From the NCBI RefSeq assembly GCF_049554935.1, contig NZ_CP186926.1, positions 1,088,001 through 1,152,000 on the forward strand: a stretch of 64,000 nt of DNA. The letters are read 5' to 3'. Below the pieces are notes generated by a model. That model searched no databases and was not told the DNA's origin. It saw only the letters and a program-made list of their open reading frames with translations. A program made the translations under genes and the position numbers. This document shows, in pieces, positions 37,023 through 46,015 of the stretch (the stretch's first letter is position 1; every line of letters starts with the position of its first letter). Source of the stretch: Methanocaldococcus indicus. Its GTDB lineage: Archaea > AGJL01 > Methanococci > Methanococcales > Methanocaldococcaceae.

Positions 37023-37766
37023 TTATACAACTCTTGTCTTTTTAACAATAAAAACACAATATGGGTCTCCTACACTAATACATTTTTCTTCAACAACTTC
37101 AACAATATATTTTCTATCAGCTATATTTTCTAAACATCCAGCTAAGAAACCGGCAGTTATATAACACACAGGTTCATTAGACCTATAATTTAAGGCCTCC
37201 TTATTATTTTTGACAGTAATCATTAATGGCTCTGACATTTCTATAGTAACTTCCCCAAATTCTTTTTTCATAAATTCTTTCATTTCATCATAATTTTTTA
37301 AATTTAGAAATAATGCATAATTTTTTCCTAAATCATAAAATATTTTTTTAATATTACTACCAAAATAAAATTTTCTTAAATAATCTTTGATATATACAAC
37401 TAATGGAGGGGCTCCAGTAAAATAAAATTGCTCTTTCTTTTCTTTGGATATAGGTTCAGTTTTTGACACTATTATTGATGATTTAAATTCCTCTTCTTTT
37501 AATTCTTTTTCCAATTCTTCTAATGGAGGATATGCTTCTAAAATTAAATCATGTAATCTTGTACCTTCAGTTAATTTTAATACTTCTTTTAATAGTTCCT
37601 TGTCATCTTTATATTTTTCAAGTAAGTTTTTCATCATTGTTAGTTTAATACCCATAAATTTAGCTCTGTTATCAATAATTTTGAGCATCTCTATAAGCTT
37701 TATAGGTGTTACCATCTCTATACCCCTTTTCATATAATAACAAAATTCAATAATACAATGTTGCAT
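37023..37766 (-). CDS. V4R domain protein
   Basis: PVCYITAGFLAG...VEEKC...GDPYCVF. Confidence 0.85.
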   Translation of the reverse strand: MQHCIIEFCYYMKRGIEMVTPIKLIEMLKIIDNRAKFMGIKLTMMKNLLEKYKDDKELLKEVLKLTEGTRLHDLILEAYPPLEELEKELKEEEFKSSIIVSKTEPISKEKKEQFYFTGAPPLVVYIKDYLRKFYFGSNIKKIFYDLGKNYALFLNLKNYDEMKEFMKKEFGEVTIEMSEPLMITVKNNKEALNYRSNEPVCYITAGFLAGCLENIADRKYIVEVVEEKCISVGDPYCVFIVKKTRVV

Positions 37767-37967
37767 AACAATTAATAATAATTAAGGTTTAGAATAATAT
37801 AAAAGCTATACCAATATTTTAAGTTATCTATATTTTTTATATTTTTTTTATATTTATTCTTTATATTCTTTATTAAAACTATTTCTATGTAGTCATTATT
37901 TGGATATTAGAATAATAATCTAATTCCTATTTATAATTTTTTATTTATTAAACGACATATTACTAAT

Positions 37968-39440
37968 TCAAATTAACAAATTAATACCTTCCATAACTGC
38001 ATTTATTGAAGCTCTTATAATATCTGAATCAGATTTTTTAACTTCAACAATATCAGTTCCTTTTCTTAATTTTATAGAAACTTCAACTAATGCATCTGTT
38101 CCTCCACCAATAGCATTGACTTTATACTCCTCTAATTTTATATCTGCCACTCCACTTAAAGCCTTTTTAACAGCGTTTATAGCAGCATCTACTGGTCCTA
38201 CTCCATAAGCTGTCTCTATCAATGTTATATTTTCTCCTTTGTAGTGAAGTTTAACAGATGCTATTGGAGTTATTTTATTCCCAGATACTACTGTTAATTC
38301 ATCTAATTTTATCTTTTCCTCTGTTGCTCTTCCTAATACTTCATTAACTATAACCATTAAGTCATGGTCAGTAATATATTTCCCTAAATCACCAAGAGTT
38401 TTTATTTTTTCATATATCCTGTTAAGTTCTTCTTCTGAAACTTTAATACCCATTAGCTCTAATTTATATTTTAAAGCTTTTCTTCCTGAATGTTTTCCTA
38501 AGATTATTCTTCTTTTATTTCCCACAATTTCTGGAGATATTGGTTCATAAGTTTTAGTATTTTTAATTAATCCATCTACATGAATTCCTGCTTCATGGGC
38601 AAATGCATTATCACCAACTATTGCCTTGTTTGGAGGAACGGGGAGATTCATCAATCTTGCTACAACTCTTGAAACTTCATAAAGCTTCTCTAACTTGATA
38701 TTTGTATCATAACCATATAAAAACTTCATTGCACATACAACCTCTTCCAAAGCAGCATTACCAGCTCTCTCACCAATTCCATTTATTGTAACATGACATT
38801 GTTGAGCTCCAGATATCAGAGCTGAGCAAGTGTTTGCAACAGCTAAACCAAAATCATTGTGACAATGAACAGACACAGGAAGAGAAATTTCTTCACATAT
38901 TTTTTTAAATAGCTCTTGTGATTTTTGAGGTGTTAAAACTCCAACAGTGTCACATACACACACTCTATCAGCTTTTACTTTCTCTCCCTCTTTGAACAAT
39001 TTAATTAAAAAGTTTATATCTGCTCTTGTAGCATCTTCTGCTGATAACTCTACAATTAATCCATGGTCTTTTGCATATTCAACAGCTTTAATTGCAGAAT
39101 CTAAAACTTCCTCTTTTGGTTTTTTTAACTTATATTTTATATGAATATCTGAGGATGGCACAACTAAATGCACACTATCAACTTCACACTCTAATGCTGC
39201 ATCAATATCCACAGGTAGAGCTCTAACAAATGAACATATTTCAGCATTTAAATTTTCCTTAACTATTAATTTTATAGCTTCTCTCTCTCCTTTTGATGTT
39301 ATTGCACTTCCAGCTTCTATTACATCAACTCCTAACTCATCTAAATGTTTTGCTATTTCCAATTTTTCAGATGGTGTTAAAGAAACTCCAGGTGTTTGTT
39401 CTCCATCTCTTAATGTTGTGTCAAATACTCTAAATTTCAT
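37968..39440 (-). CDS. cimA: (R)-citramalate synthase
   Basis: DTTLRDGEQ, HCHND, GERAGN, C-terminal regulatory domain GVGPVDA; closely resembles M. jannaschii CimA as recalled. Confidence 0.88.
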   Translation of the reverse strand: MKFRVFDTTLRDGEQTPGVSLTPSEKLEIAKHLDELGVDVIEAGSAITSKGEREAIKLIVKENLNAEICSFVRALPVDIDAALECEVDSVHLVVPSSDIHIKYKLKKPKEEVLDSAIKAVEYAKDHGLIVELSAEDATRADINFLIKLFKEGEKVKADRVCVCDTVGVLTPQKSQELFKKICEEISLPVSVHCHNDFGLAVANTCSALISGAQQCHVTINGIGERAGNAALEEVVCAMKFLYGYDTNIKLEKLYEVSRVVARLMNLPVPPNKAIVGDNAFAHEAGIHVDGLIKNTKTYEPISPEIVGNKRRIILGKHSGRKALKYKLELMGIKVSEEELNRIYEKIKTLGDLGKYITDHDLMVIVNEVLGRATEEKIKLDELTVVSGNKITPIASVKLHYKGENITLIETAYGVGPVDAAINAVKKALSGVADIKLEEYKVNAIGGGTDALVEVSIKLRKGTDIVEVKKSDSDIIRASINAVMEGINLLI

Positions 39441-39451
39441 ATTAAGTCCCT

Positions 39452-40579
39452 CTATATAACTTTATTAAATACAGAATCAGCTGATTTTTGTGTTAGTTCA
39501 TAAATATTTATAGTATTATCAGAAATCTGCTTTAAAGTTGTTGATATTCTTGTATTGATACATATTGAGTATATTTTTATATTTTTTGATTTTATGATGT
39601 TTTTTATTTGCTCTATATCATCTAATGATAAATCATATTCTCCATCTGTAATAAATACAATATCACCATTATAAGACAAAGCTTTTTTTAAAGGTTTTTC
39701 AAAGTTAGTTCCACCACCATAAAATATAGAAGCAATATATATAATATCATCAAAGTTTATTTTTTCATATTCCAATATCTCCCTAACATCATCATCAAAA
39801 ATAATTATTTTACATTTTCTTTTTTCTTTTATAGCTACCTCTAACAAACTTATAGTTATTGCTTTTGCCCAAAGCTCTTTATTGCCTCTCATTGAGCCAC
39901 TTAAATCCAAACAAATTATAAAATCACCAACATTTTTTGAGATATCTAATTTATAGTTTAATAGCTTTTTCTCAGTATATCTCCTTAAAAAGTCAAGATA
40001 TAAGTAATCATCAGTTAAATTTTTTAATTCTGAAAGTATGAGATTATTTAAACTATCTCCCAAAGTTATTTCATATTTCTCTTTTGATGTTTGTCTTATT
40101 TTGTATCTATATTTTGATAAAGCTATTTTTCTAAATTTTCCAAGAATTTTAATAAGTTCTTTTAGTTTTCTGTTTTTTGCTATCTTTTTAGAGAGCTCTA
40201 ACTTATTTTTAGGATTTAAATAAGTTTTATCACCTTGTCCATATCCATAACTAACAGACAATAGACTTTCAAGATAATCCTCTAAATCTTCAATTATCTC
40301 ATTTATTTCCTTTCTTTCTTCACTTATTTTCTTACAAAAATAGTCAGTTGCTAATATGGAGTAGTATTCACTCAAAGTAGTTATATTTTTTATATTCTTA
40401 AATTTTTTGTTTGATTTTATTTTTTCAATTATCTCATTGTTCCTTAAAATTTCAATGTTGTATTTATAAAATAGATAGAAGATATTTTCCATTAAATCCT
40501 CATCTAAATAGGGATTAATTGAGTCCCTATATTTCTCCCATATTAGTTTATCATATCTATCATGCTTTATAATTATCAT
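39452..40579 (-). CDS. VWA domain protein (ViaA-like)
   Basis: DLSGSM MIDAS, GGT, ITDG; ATG at 40579 follows GGGAG. Confidence 0.85.
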   Translation of the reverse strand: MIIIKHDRYDKLIWEKYRDSINPYLDEDLMENIFYLFYKYNIEILRNNEIIEKIKSNKKFKNIKNITTLSEYYSILATDYFCKKISEERKEINEIIEDLEDYLESLLSVSYGYGQGDKTYLNPKNKLELSKKIAKNRKLKELIKILGKFRKIALSKYRYKIRQTSKEKYEITLGDSLNNLILSELKNLTDDYLYLDFLRRYTEKKLLNYKLDISKNVGDFIICLDLSGSMRGNKELWAKAITISLLEVAIKEKRKCKIIIFDDDVREILEYEKINFDDIIYIASIFYGGGTNFEKPLKKALSYNGDIVFITDGEYDLSLDDIEQIKNIIKSKNIKIYSICINTRISTTLKQISDNTINIYELTQKSADSVFNKVI

Positions 40580-40605
40580 ATTAGCTCCCAAATTACAAAT
40601 ATATG

Positions 40606-40648
40606 TTATAAATATATGCTATTATTTTAATATATTGTCTTGTATTTT
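40606..40648 (+). repeat. 43-bp direct repeat, left boundary of island (att-like)
   Basis: TTATAAATATATGCTATTATTTTAATATATTGTCTTGTATTTT, identical to 52176-52218. Confidence 0.9.
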
Positions 40649-40780
40649 GTAACTGACAGTATGATTACGGTATTCCTTTCTTTATTTAACTGATAGTGTG
40701 AATTCTTATTATCGATTTTAAAACCAAAAAAATAAAATAGTATCGATTTAAATACACTACTAAAAACATATGAAACTCCC

Positions 40781-41480
40781 ATGCTAACCACACTTAAAGA
40801 ATTACTCGTTAATGGTTTAAATACTTTAGGTATAGCCAATTCGGATAACTTGGTAGATTACTGCTTGGTTAGAACTTTAACCGAGATAAAGACAATTAAA
40901 GCAATATCTGGAGAGATTTTAGAAATTCATCGAACAACCATAATCAAAAAACTTCAAAAGCTATCGGAAATTGAGAACTGCTTTTATACTCATCTACTAA
41001 ACCTTCCCAACATTTTAAATAATCGTAAATTTAAATTTTCAATAATAATTGATTCAACCTTATTGAGAAGATATAGTAAAAATGTATTTGTTTGGCAGTT
41101 CTATTAGATACAATTACGTAGAAAATCATAAAAAATTATATCAAGAACAAATAAACTGCTGTATTTTTAATAAAAAAAAGGATTATACGATATACACCAC
41201 AATAAAACCAAGGAATATTAAATCGACTGATGTATATTTAAGAATTATAGAATCAATATCTAAAATTATTAAGAAAACGGTCGTTGGTGATGGTTTTGTA
41301 ACAATAAAGAAAATTTTAAGGAGATGTAATGAATTGGGAATCAATTATATTGGTAGAATCAGAAAAAACATAAAAATTGAAGTTTTCGGTAAAGATGTTA
41401 AAATAGAAGATATGTTTAAAAAGGACTTCAACGAAAATAAAGCTAAATTTTGTGATTTTCTTTACATAAATTATTTATAA
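40781..41480 (+). pseudogene. Frameshifted, truncated DDE transposase (IS701/IS4-like)
   Basis: Two overlapping frames; IIIDSTLL (first Asp), VVGDG (second Asp), NYIGRIRKN; no C-terminal Glu region. Confidence 0.7.
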
Positions 41481-41671
41481 TACCTAAAATAAAGTTATAT
41501 AACGTTACTGTATCATACTTCCTATATCTTCTATTGTATCTTTTCCAGTATCCGGGTCTTTTTTTGCATTTTTCTTCACTCATATTTTTTATTACTTCAT
41601 TATACATTTTTATGTTTTTTCGACAACCTTACACATATAGAAATTATTTTTTGTTATTTTTTGGTGAGAGT

Positions 41672-42604
41672 ATGAAAGTTGGAATTACAGCAATAGTTCC
41701 ACCTGAGATTATTTACGCAACAAATCATACACCTTTAGATTTAAACAACTTTGTTCCACAATCTAATATAACTCCAAAAAATAAACTATGTGCCTGGACT
41801 GCTACATGGAGGGACTTAATTTTAGAGGATAAAATTAAAATTGATAAATTAATTGTTGTTGCAGGTGGAGATTGCCAAAATTCCCTTGTTGATGCTGAAA
41901 AGATAGAATTAAAGAAAAAAATTCCAACACATTATTTCTTTTATCAATTTGGAGATAAAAAGCACTTTGAAAATGAAATAAAAAAACTTATTAATTTTTT
42001 AGGAGGAGATGTTGATAAAGATATTTTAAGAGAAGTTTACAAAATAAAGAAACTTGTAAAAAAAGTCGATGAATTATGCTACAAAGACAAAATAAATGGG
42101 AAAGATGCGTTTTATACTATAATCTCTGCAAGCGATTTAAAAGGAAATCCAGACGTATATAAAAAAGAAATCAATAATTTATTAAACAAAGATGAAAATG
42201 TCGAATATAGTCATAGAATTGCTATAATAGGAATTCCTCCAATTTTTATAGATTTTTATGAATATTTAAATGAAATAAATGTACATTGTGTTTATAATGA
42301 GCTACCTTATGAGTTTATAAGAATGGGAGGATATTCAATAAAGAGTATTGTAGATACATATTCAACATACACATTTGCTAACCATATAAATAAAAGGATA
42401 AAGATTATAAAGAGAGAGCTAAAAAAAAGAAAGGTCGATGGAGTAATTCATTATACCCAAATGTGTTGCCATCATAAATTGGAAGATGAAATTCTCAGAG
42501 AATTTATTGATTATCCCATGCTAACAATAGAGGGGGATATTCCTCAAAAAACACCTGAACAAACAAAGTTAAGGATAGAAGCATTTATAGAATTGTTGGG
42601 ATAG
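41672..42604 (+). CDS. 2-hydroxyacyl-CoA dehydratase (HgdB/FldB D-component)-like Fe-S protein
   Basis: PPEII, KLCAW, GDC, DGVIHYTQMCC, PMLTIEGD...QTKLRIEAFIE; ATG at 41672 follows GGTGAG. Confidence 0.85.
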   Translation: MKVGITAIVPPEIIYATNHTPLDLNNFVPQSNITPKNKLCAWTATWRDLILEDKIKIDKLIVVAGGDCQNSLVDAEKIELKKKIPTHYFFYQFGDKKHFENEIKKLINFLGGDVDKDILREVYKIKKLVKKVDELCYKDKINGKDAFYTIISASDLKGNPDVYKKEINNLLNKDENVEYSHRIAIIGIPPIFIDFYEYLNEINVHCVYNELPYEFIRMGGYSIKSIVDTYSTYTFANHINKRIKIIKRELKKRKVDGVIHYTQMCCHHKLEDEILREFIDYPMLTIEGDIPQKTPEQTKLRIEAFIELLG

Positions 42605-42606
42605 CC

Positions 42607-43287
42607 ATGATAGGTATTGATGTTGGTTCAACAAACATAAAAATCGTAGACGGGAAGAGTTTTAAAAAATATCCAATAATTAAATTAAATGAAATATTAG
42701 AAAAATATAATAATGAAGAATCTTTTGCGACTGGATATTTTAGAAAGAGATTTAAAAATTACATAACTGAAATTACTGCTGCTATATATGGAATTGATAA
42801 AGATGTTGAAGTTATAATCGATATTGGGGGACAAGATACAAAGATAATAAACACAAAAACATTAGAGTTTATAATGAATGATAAATGTGGAGCAGGGACT
42901 GGATTATTTTTACAAACTATAGCAATGTATTTAAATGTTCCTATCGAAGATTTTGGAAAATATTATTCAAAAAATCCTCTAAACTTGAATAATACTTGTG
43001 CTGTTTTTTCAATTTCAGAAATAATTAACTACCTCGTGAGTGGCTATACTATTAAAGATATTATAGCATCTGTAAATTACACTATAGCAAAGAAAATAGC
43101 TAATATTAATCCCTATGAATGTGAAACTCTTACTCTAATTGGTGGAGTTGCAGAAAATAAAGCATTTGTGAGATATTTTAAAGAAATTACTGAGAAAGAA
43201 GTTTATGTTCCTAAAAATCCGCAATTTATAAATGCAATAGGGGCGAGAAAATATGGAATTAAATACTCAACAAAAAATCATCTTTGA
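42607..43287 (+). CDS. Acyl-CoA dehydratase activase (HgdC/BadF-type ASKHA ATPase, Fe-S)
   Basis: GIDVGST, ATGY, DIGGQDTK, NDKCGAGTG, CAVF, GGVA.N. Confidence 0.92.
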   Translation: MIGIDVGSTNIKIVDGKSFKKYPIIKLNEILEKYNNEESFATGYFRKRFKNYITEITAAIYGIDKDVEVIIDIGGQDTKIINTKTLEFIMNDKCGAGTGLFLQTIAMYLNVPIEDFGKYYSKNPLNLNNTCAVFSISEIINYLVSGYTIKDIIASVNYTIAKKIANINPYECETLTLIGGVAENKAFVRYFKEITEKEVYVPKNPQFINAIGARKYGIKYSTKNHL

Positions 43288-43828
43288 AATTTACGATTTA
43301 TACAAAAAATTTGAATTAATTGAAAGTAATAACAAATGTAAAAAGCTATCTAAAAGAATAGAAAAAATTAAAAATGGAATTGTAGTTAAAGATATTTATG
43401 ATGTTAATTATGTTGATAGAGTTCAGGAGATTTTATTAAATTACAGAGAAATTTGGGGTTTTATTTATAAATCATCAATAAAACAGTGGATTGCAACATC
43501 TAAAACTATAAATGTAGCTGGAATTTTTTATAAGGATGATTTAATTGGAGTTATGGTTTATGGAGAGAGACCAAATTATTTGAAAATTAATTACATTGCA
43601 GTAGATAAAAAATTTAAAGATAAATCTCTTGGAGGATATTTTATTCAATTTTTAGAGAAAAAAGCTAAAAAATTAAAAAAGAAAAAAATATATGCAGAAG
43701 TTCCAAAAATAAATGAGAATGGACTAAGATTTTTTATAAAAAATAGATTTGTAATTGAAGGAATTTTAAAAAATCATACAAGAAGGGACAAAGATTTAGT
43801 TTTAATGGCTAAATATTTAGAGGGATAA
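43253..43828 (+). CDS. GNAT family acetyltransferase
   Basis: IAVDKKFKDKSLG (motif A-like), N..GLRFF.K.RF..EG.L (motif B). Confidence 0.8.
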   Translation: MELNTQQKIIFEIYDLYKKFELIESNNKCKKLSKRIEKIKNGIVVKDIYDVNYVDRVQEILLNYREIWGFIYKSSIKQWIATSKTINVAGIFYKDDLIGVMVYGERPNYLKINYIAVDKKFKDKSLGGYFIQFLEKKAKKLKKKKIYAEVPKINENGLRFFIKNRFVIEGILKNHTRRDKDLVLMAKYLEG

Positions 43829-43829
43829 A

Positions 43830-44756
43830 ATGGTGGAATTTTTTGCATCGTTGACCATTTCTCCAGGACAAATTAGAAAAATGGTTGAACTTTTAAAGAA
43901 ACACGAACCAAAAAAATGGGCTTTTGAAAATGTGATTTTTACACCGATAGTTTCATCAGAAGGGACTATAAAAGAAATTAAAAATTTAAAAAGAAAATAT
44001 AAAACAACTATTATGTTTGATAGTGGTGGTTATTATGTTCAACAGGGAAAGTTTGAAATATATCAACTGTTTTCCTTTTTAAGGGAATTTTATGAAAACA
44101 ATAAATGGGGAGATTGGTATGTTCTACCAGATTCTCCACCAGTGTCATCTGATAGTATAAATATTGCTTGGGGAAAAGTCCATGAGACAGTTTATTTTGC
44201 AAAGAGTTTTGCAGAAGAATTTAATGGAAAAATAGAGAAAAAATTTGTTCCTGTTGTTCAGGGCATTAATGAAGAACAAATCTATTATTGTATCAAAAAT
44301 TATGCTGATTTGAATGTTAAAAGAATAGGTTTTGGAAGTTTTGGAACTTGTGGAAAGAATAATCAGATTAATCGACTAACAAAAGAAAGTTTAGAAAACT
44401 TAAAATATTTGTCTATGTTAGCAAGAGATTATGGATTTGAGTTACATGCCTTTGGTATTGGTGGAGGAAGTTCTGTAAATAAAATTAAAGACTATGTTGA
44501 TAGTTTTGATAGTAGTGGTTGGGATAAAGCTGGAGGATTTGGAGACATATTTTTTCCAGGTTCGAGAACTATTAACATAACTGGAAAATCTGGAAGAATA
44601 TCTTCAAAAAATTACATAGGTTATGAAGATATGATTGAAAATCTTAGAAATGGGCATAGGTGTTATTTTTGTAAAAATATTGCCAATCTAAAAAAATATA
44701 AGATATATCGGTCATTACATAATATAATAGTGCTTTATGAAATGGTGAAAGAATGA
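43830..44756 (+). CDS. tRNA-guanine transglycosylase-like protein (DpdA-like, probable DNA base-exchange enzyme)
   Basis: MFDSGGY, VLPD, VPVVQG, LHAFG, DSFDSS and Zn site HxCxxC...LHN; lacks arcTGT C-terminal/PUA domains. Confidence 0.8.
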   Translation: MVEFFASLTISPGQIRKMVELLKKHEPKKWAFENVIFTPIVSSEGTIKEIKNLKRKYKTTIMFDSGGYYVQQGKFEIYQLFSFLREFYENNKWGDWYVLPDSPPVSSDSINIAWGKVHETVYFAKSFAEEFNGKIEKKFVPVVQGINEEQIYYCIKNYADLNVKRIGFGSFGTCGKNNQINRLTKESLENLKYLSMLARDYGFELHAFGIGGGSSVNKIKDYVDSFDSSGWDKAGGFGDIFFPGSRTINITGKSGRISSKNYIGYEDMIENLRNGHRCYFCKNIANLKKYKIYRSLHNIIVLYEMVKE

Positions 44757-45493
44757 GTAGGGGATATCACATTCAACATAATGCAAAACCATCAATTATT
44801 AGAGAATTTATTGAATACAGTCCAAATGCTAAAAAATCAGAACTTAAAGAAGTGTTTTTAAATATAAAACCCAGCATTATAGATGATAATTATACAATTA
44901 TGAATAAACTTATTAATAGAGAAGATAAAAATGAGATTGAAAACCTTTTGAAAATGGATGAGGTAATATTTAATAATTATCTTCATTATAAGCTCTATTC
45001 ATCATCTTTACCAATTGGATGGTCATATAGAAGTGTAATTCATATATTATTTGAAGAATATAAGGATAAAAAAATAAATTACAACGATATTGAACAAAAA
45101 GTTAAAGATAAAGCATTTAATGAAGGTTTGGGAAGTATATCATTTAGTAGCAATAGTGTTCGTGGAGCAATTAATTTTATTAAATCTTTATACCCTTCTC
45201 CAATAGATGAAAATAACATATTCAACCTCAGAGATTATTGTCAACCACATCTCTTATTATGGGGAGTGGATTATCTTTATAAAAAACAATGGGGAGAGGA
45301 ATATGGTTCATTAATGCTTTTGGATAGTGAAAAAATTGAAGAACTTTGTAAATTTTGTTTAATTGATGAAGATGTGTTGGACAATCATTTAAAGGAACTT
45401 GGATTTATGTATGATTTTGTGGAAATATCGATAAAGGCATTTGGGAAGTATATAAGATTAAAAAGAGCTTGGAGTTTTAATGATATCTTATAA
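44753..45493 (+). CDS. Hypothetical protein, possibly BrxA-like winged-helix component
   Basis: ATGA overlap with the upstream gene; no catalytic motif recognised; call is positional. Confidence 0.45.
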   Translation: MSRGYHIQHNAKPSIIREFIEYSPNAKKSELKEVFLNIKPSIIDDNYTIMNKLINREDKNEIENLLKMDEVIFNNYLHYKLYSSSLPIGWSYRSVIHILFEEYKDKKINYNDIEQKVKDKAFNEGLGSISFSSNSVRGAINFIKSLYPSPIDENNIFNLRDYCQPHLLLWGVDYLYKKQWGEEYGSLMLLDSEKIEELCKFCLIDEDVLDNHLKELGFMYDFVEISIKAFGKYIRLKRAWSFNDIL

Positions 45494-45505
45494 AAGGGGA
45501 AAATA

Positions 45506-46015
45506 ATGGATTATATTGTACTAATAAACTATATCAAAAATAATTATTCTTTTAATTGGCTAACAAATAGTCAGAAAAATGCGTATAATATATTAAAAGA
45601 GTATCTTATTTATGATGATGTTATTAATCTTTATGGAAAAAGAGGAGTAGGGAAAACATTTTTAGGATGGGTATTTGCAAAAAATAACAACTTTATATAT
45701 TTTGAAAATGAAGATGCATTTAGAAATTATAAAGTAAAGACAAAAATAAATGCAATTATTGATAATGGCTCATTGAAGGATGGAAGGGAGATTAGAAGGA
45801 TGGTCTCCTTAAAAACCAATAAAGTAATTTACATTTCAAGAAAGAAAATTTTAGATTATGGTATAGAGTTAAAGTTAGATTTAAATGATGTAGAACATGT
45901 TTTAAATAATCTATCTCCAATTATTGGAGAAAATATAAATACTAACATTCAAAATTTGAAAATAAATGATATCGATTTATGGAACATTTTTAAGGGGAGG
46001 GTATATGAATATTAG
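45506..46015 (+). CDS. Small P-loop NTPase (BrxF/BrxB-like)
   Basis: Walker A GKRGVGKT, Walker B-like AIIDN; 169 aa; precedes the large ATPase. Confidence 0.6.
   Translation: MDYIVLINYIKNNYSFNWLTNSQKNAYNILKEYLIYDDVINLYGKRGVGKTFLGWVFAKNNNFIYFENEDAFRNYKVKTKINAIIDNGSLKDGREIRRMVSLKTNKVIYISRKKILDYGIELKLDLNDVEHVLNNLSPIIGENINTNIQNLKINDIDLWNIFKGRVYEY

Noticed and set aside
40627-40839. 70-aa minus-strand ORF at the island's left edge
   Set aside because: It spans the repeat and the transposase start and has no motifs; probably spurious
40658-41519. Imperfect inverted repeat AGTATGATTACGGTA / AGTATGATACAGTA as TIRs of the transposase remnant
   Set aside because: It needs an indel and a mismatch, has no target duplication, and the right copy lies within another ORF remnant
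43830-44756. Interpretation as the housekeeping archaeosine tRNA-guanine transglycosylase
   Set aside because: Too short, lacks C-terminal/PUA domains, is divergent, and sits within a repeat-bounded island
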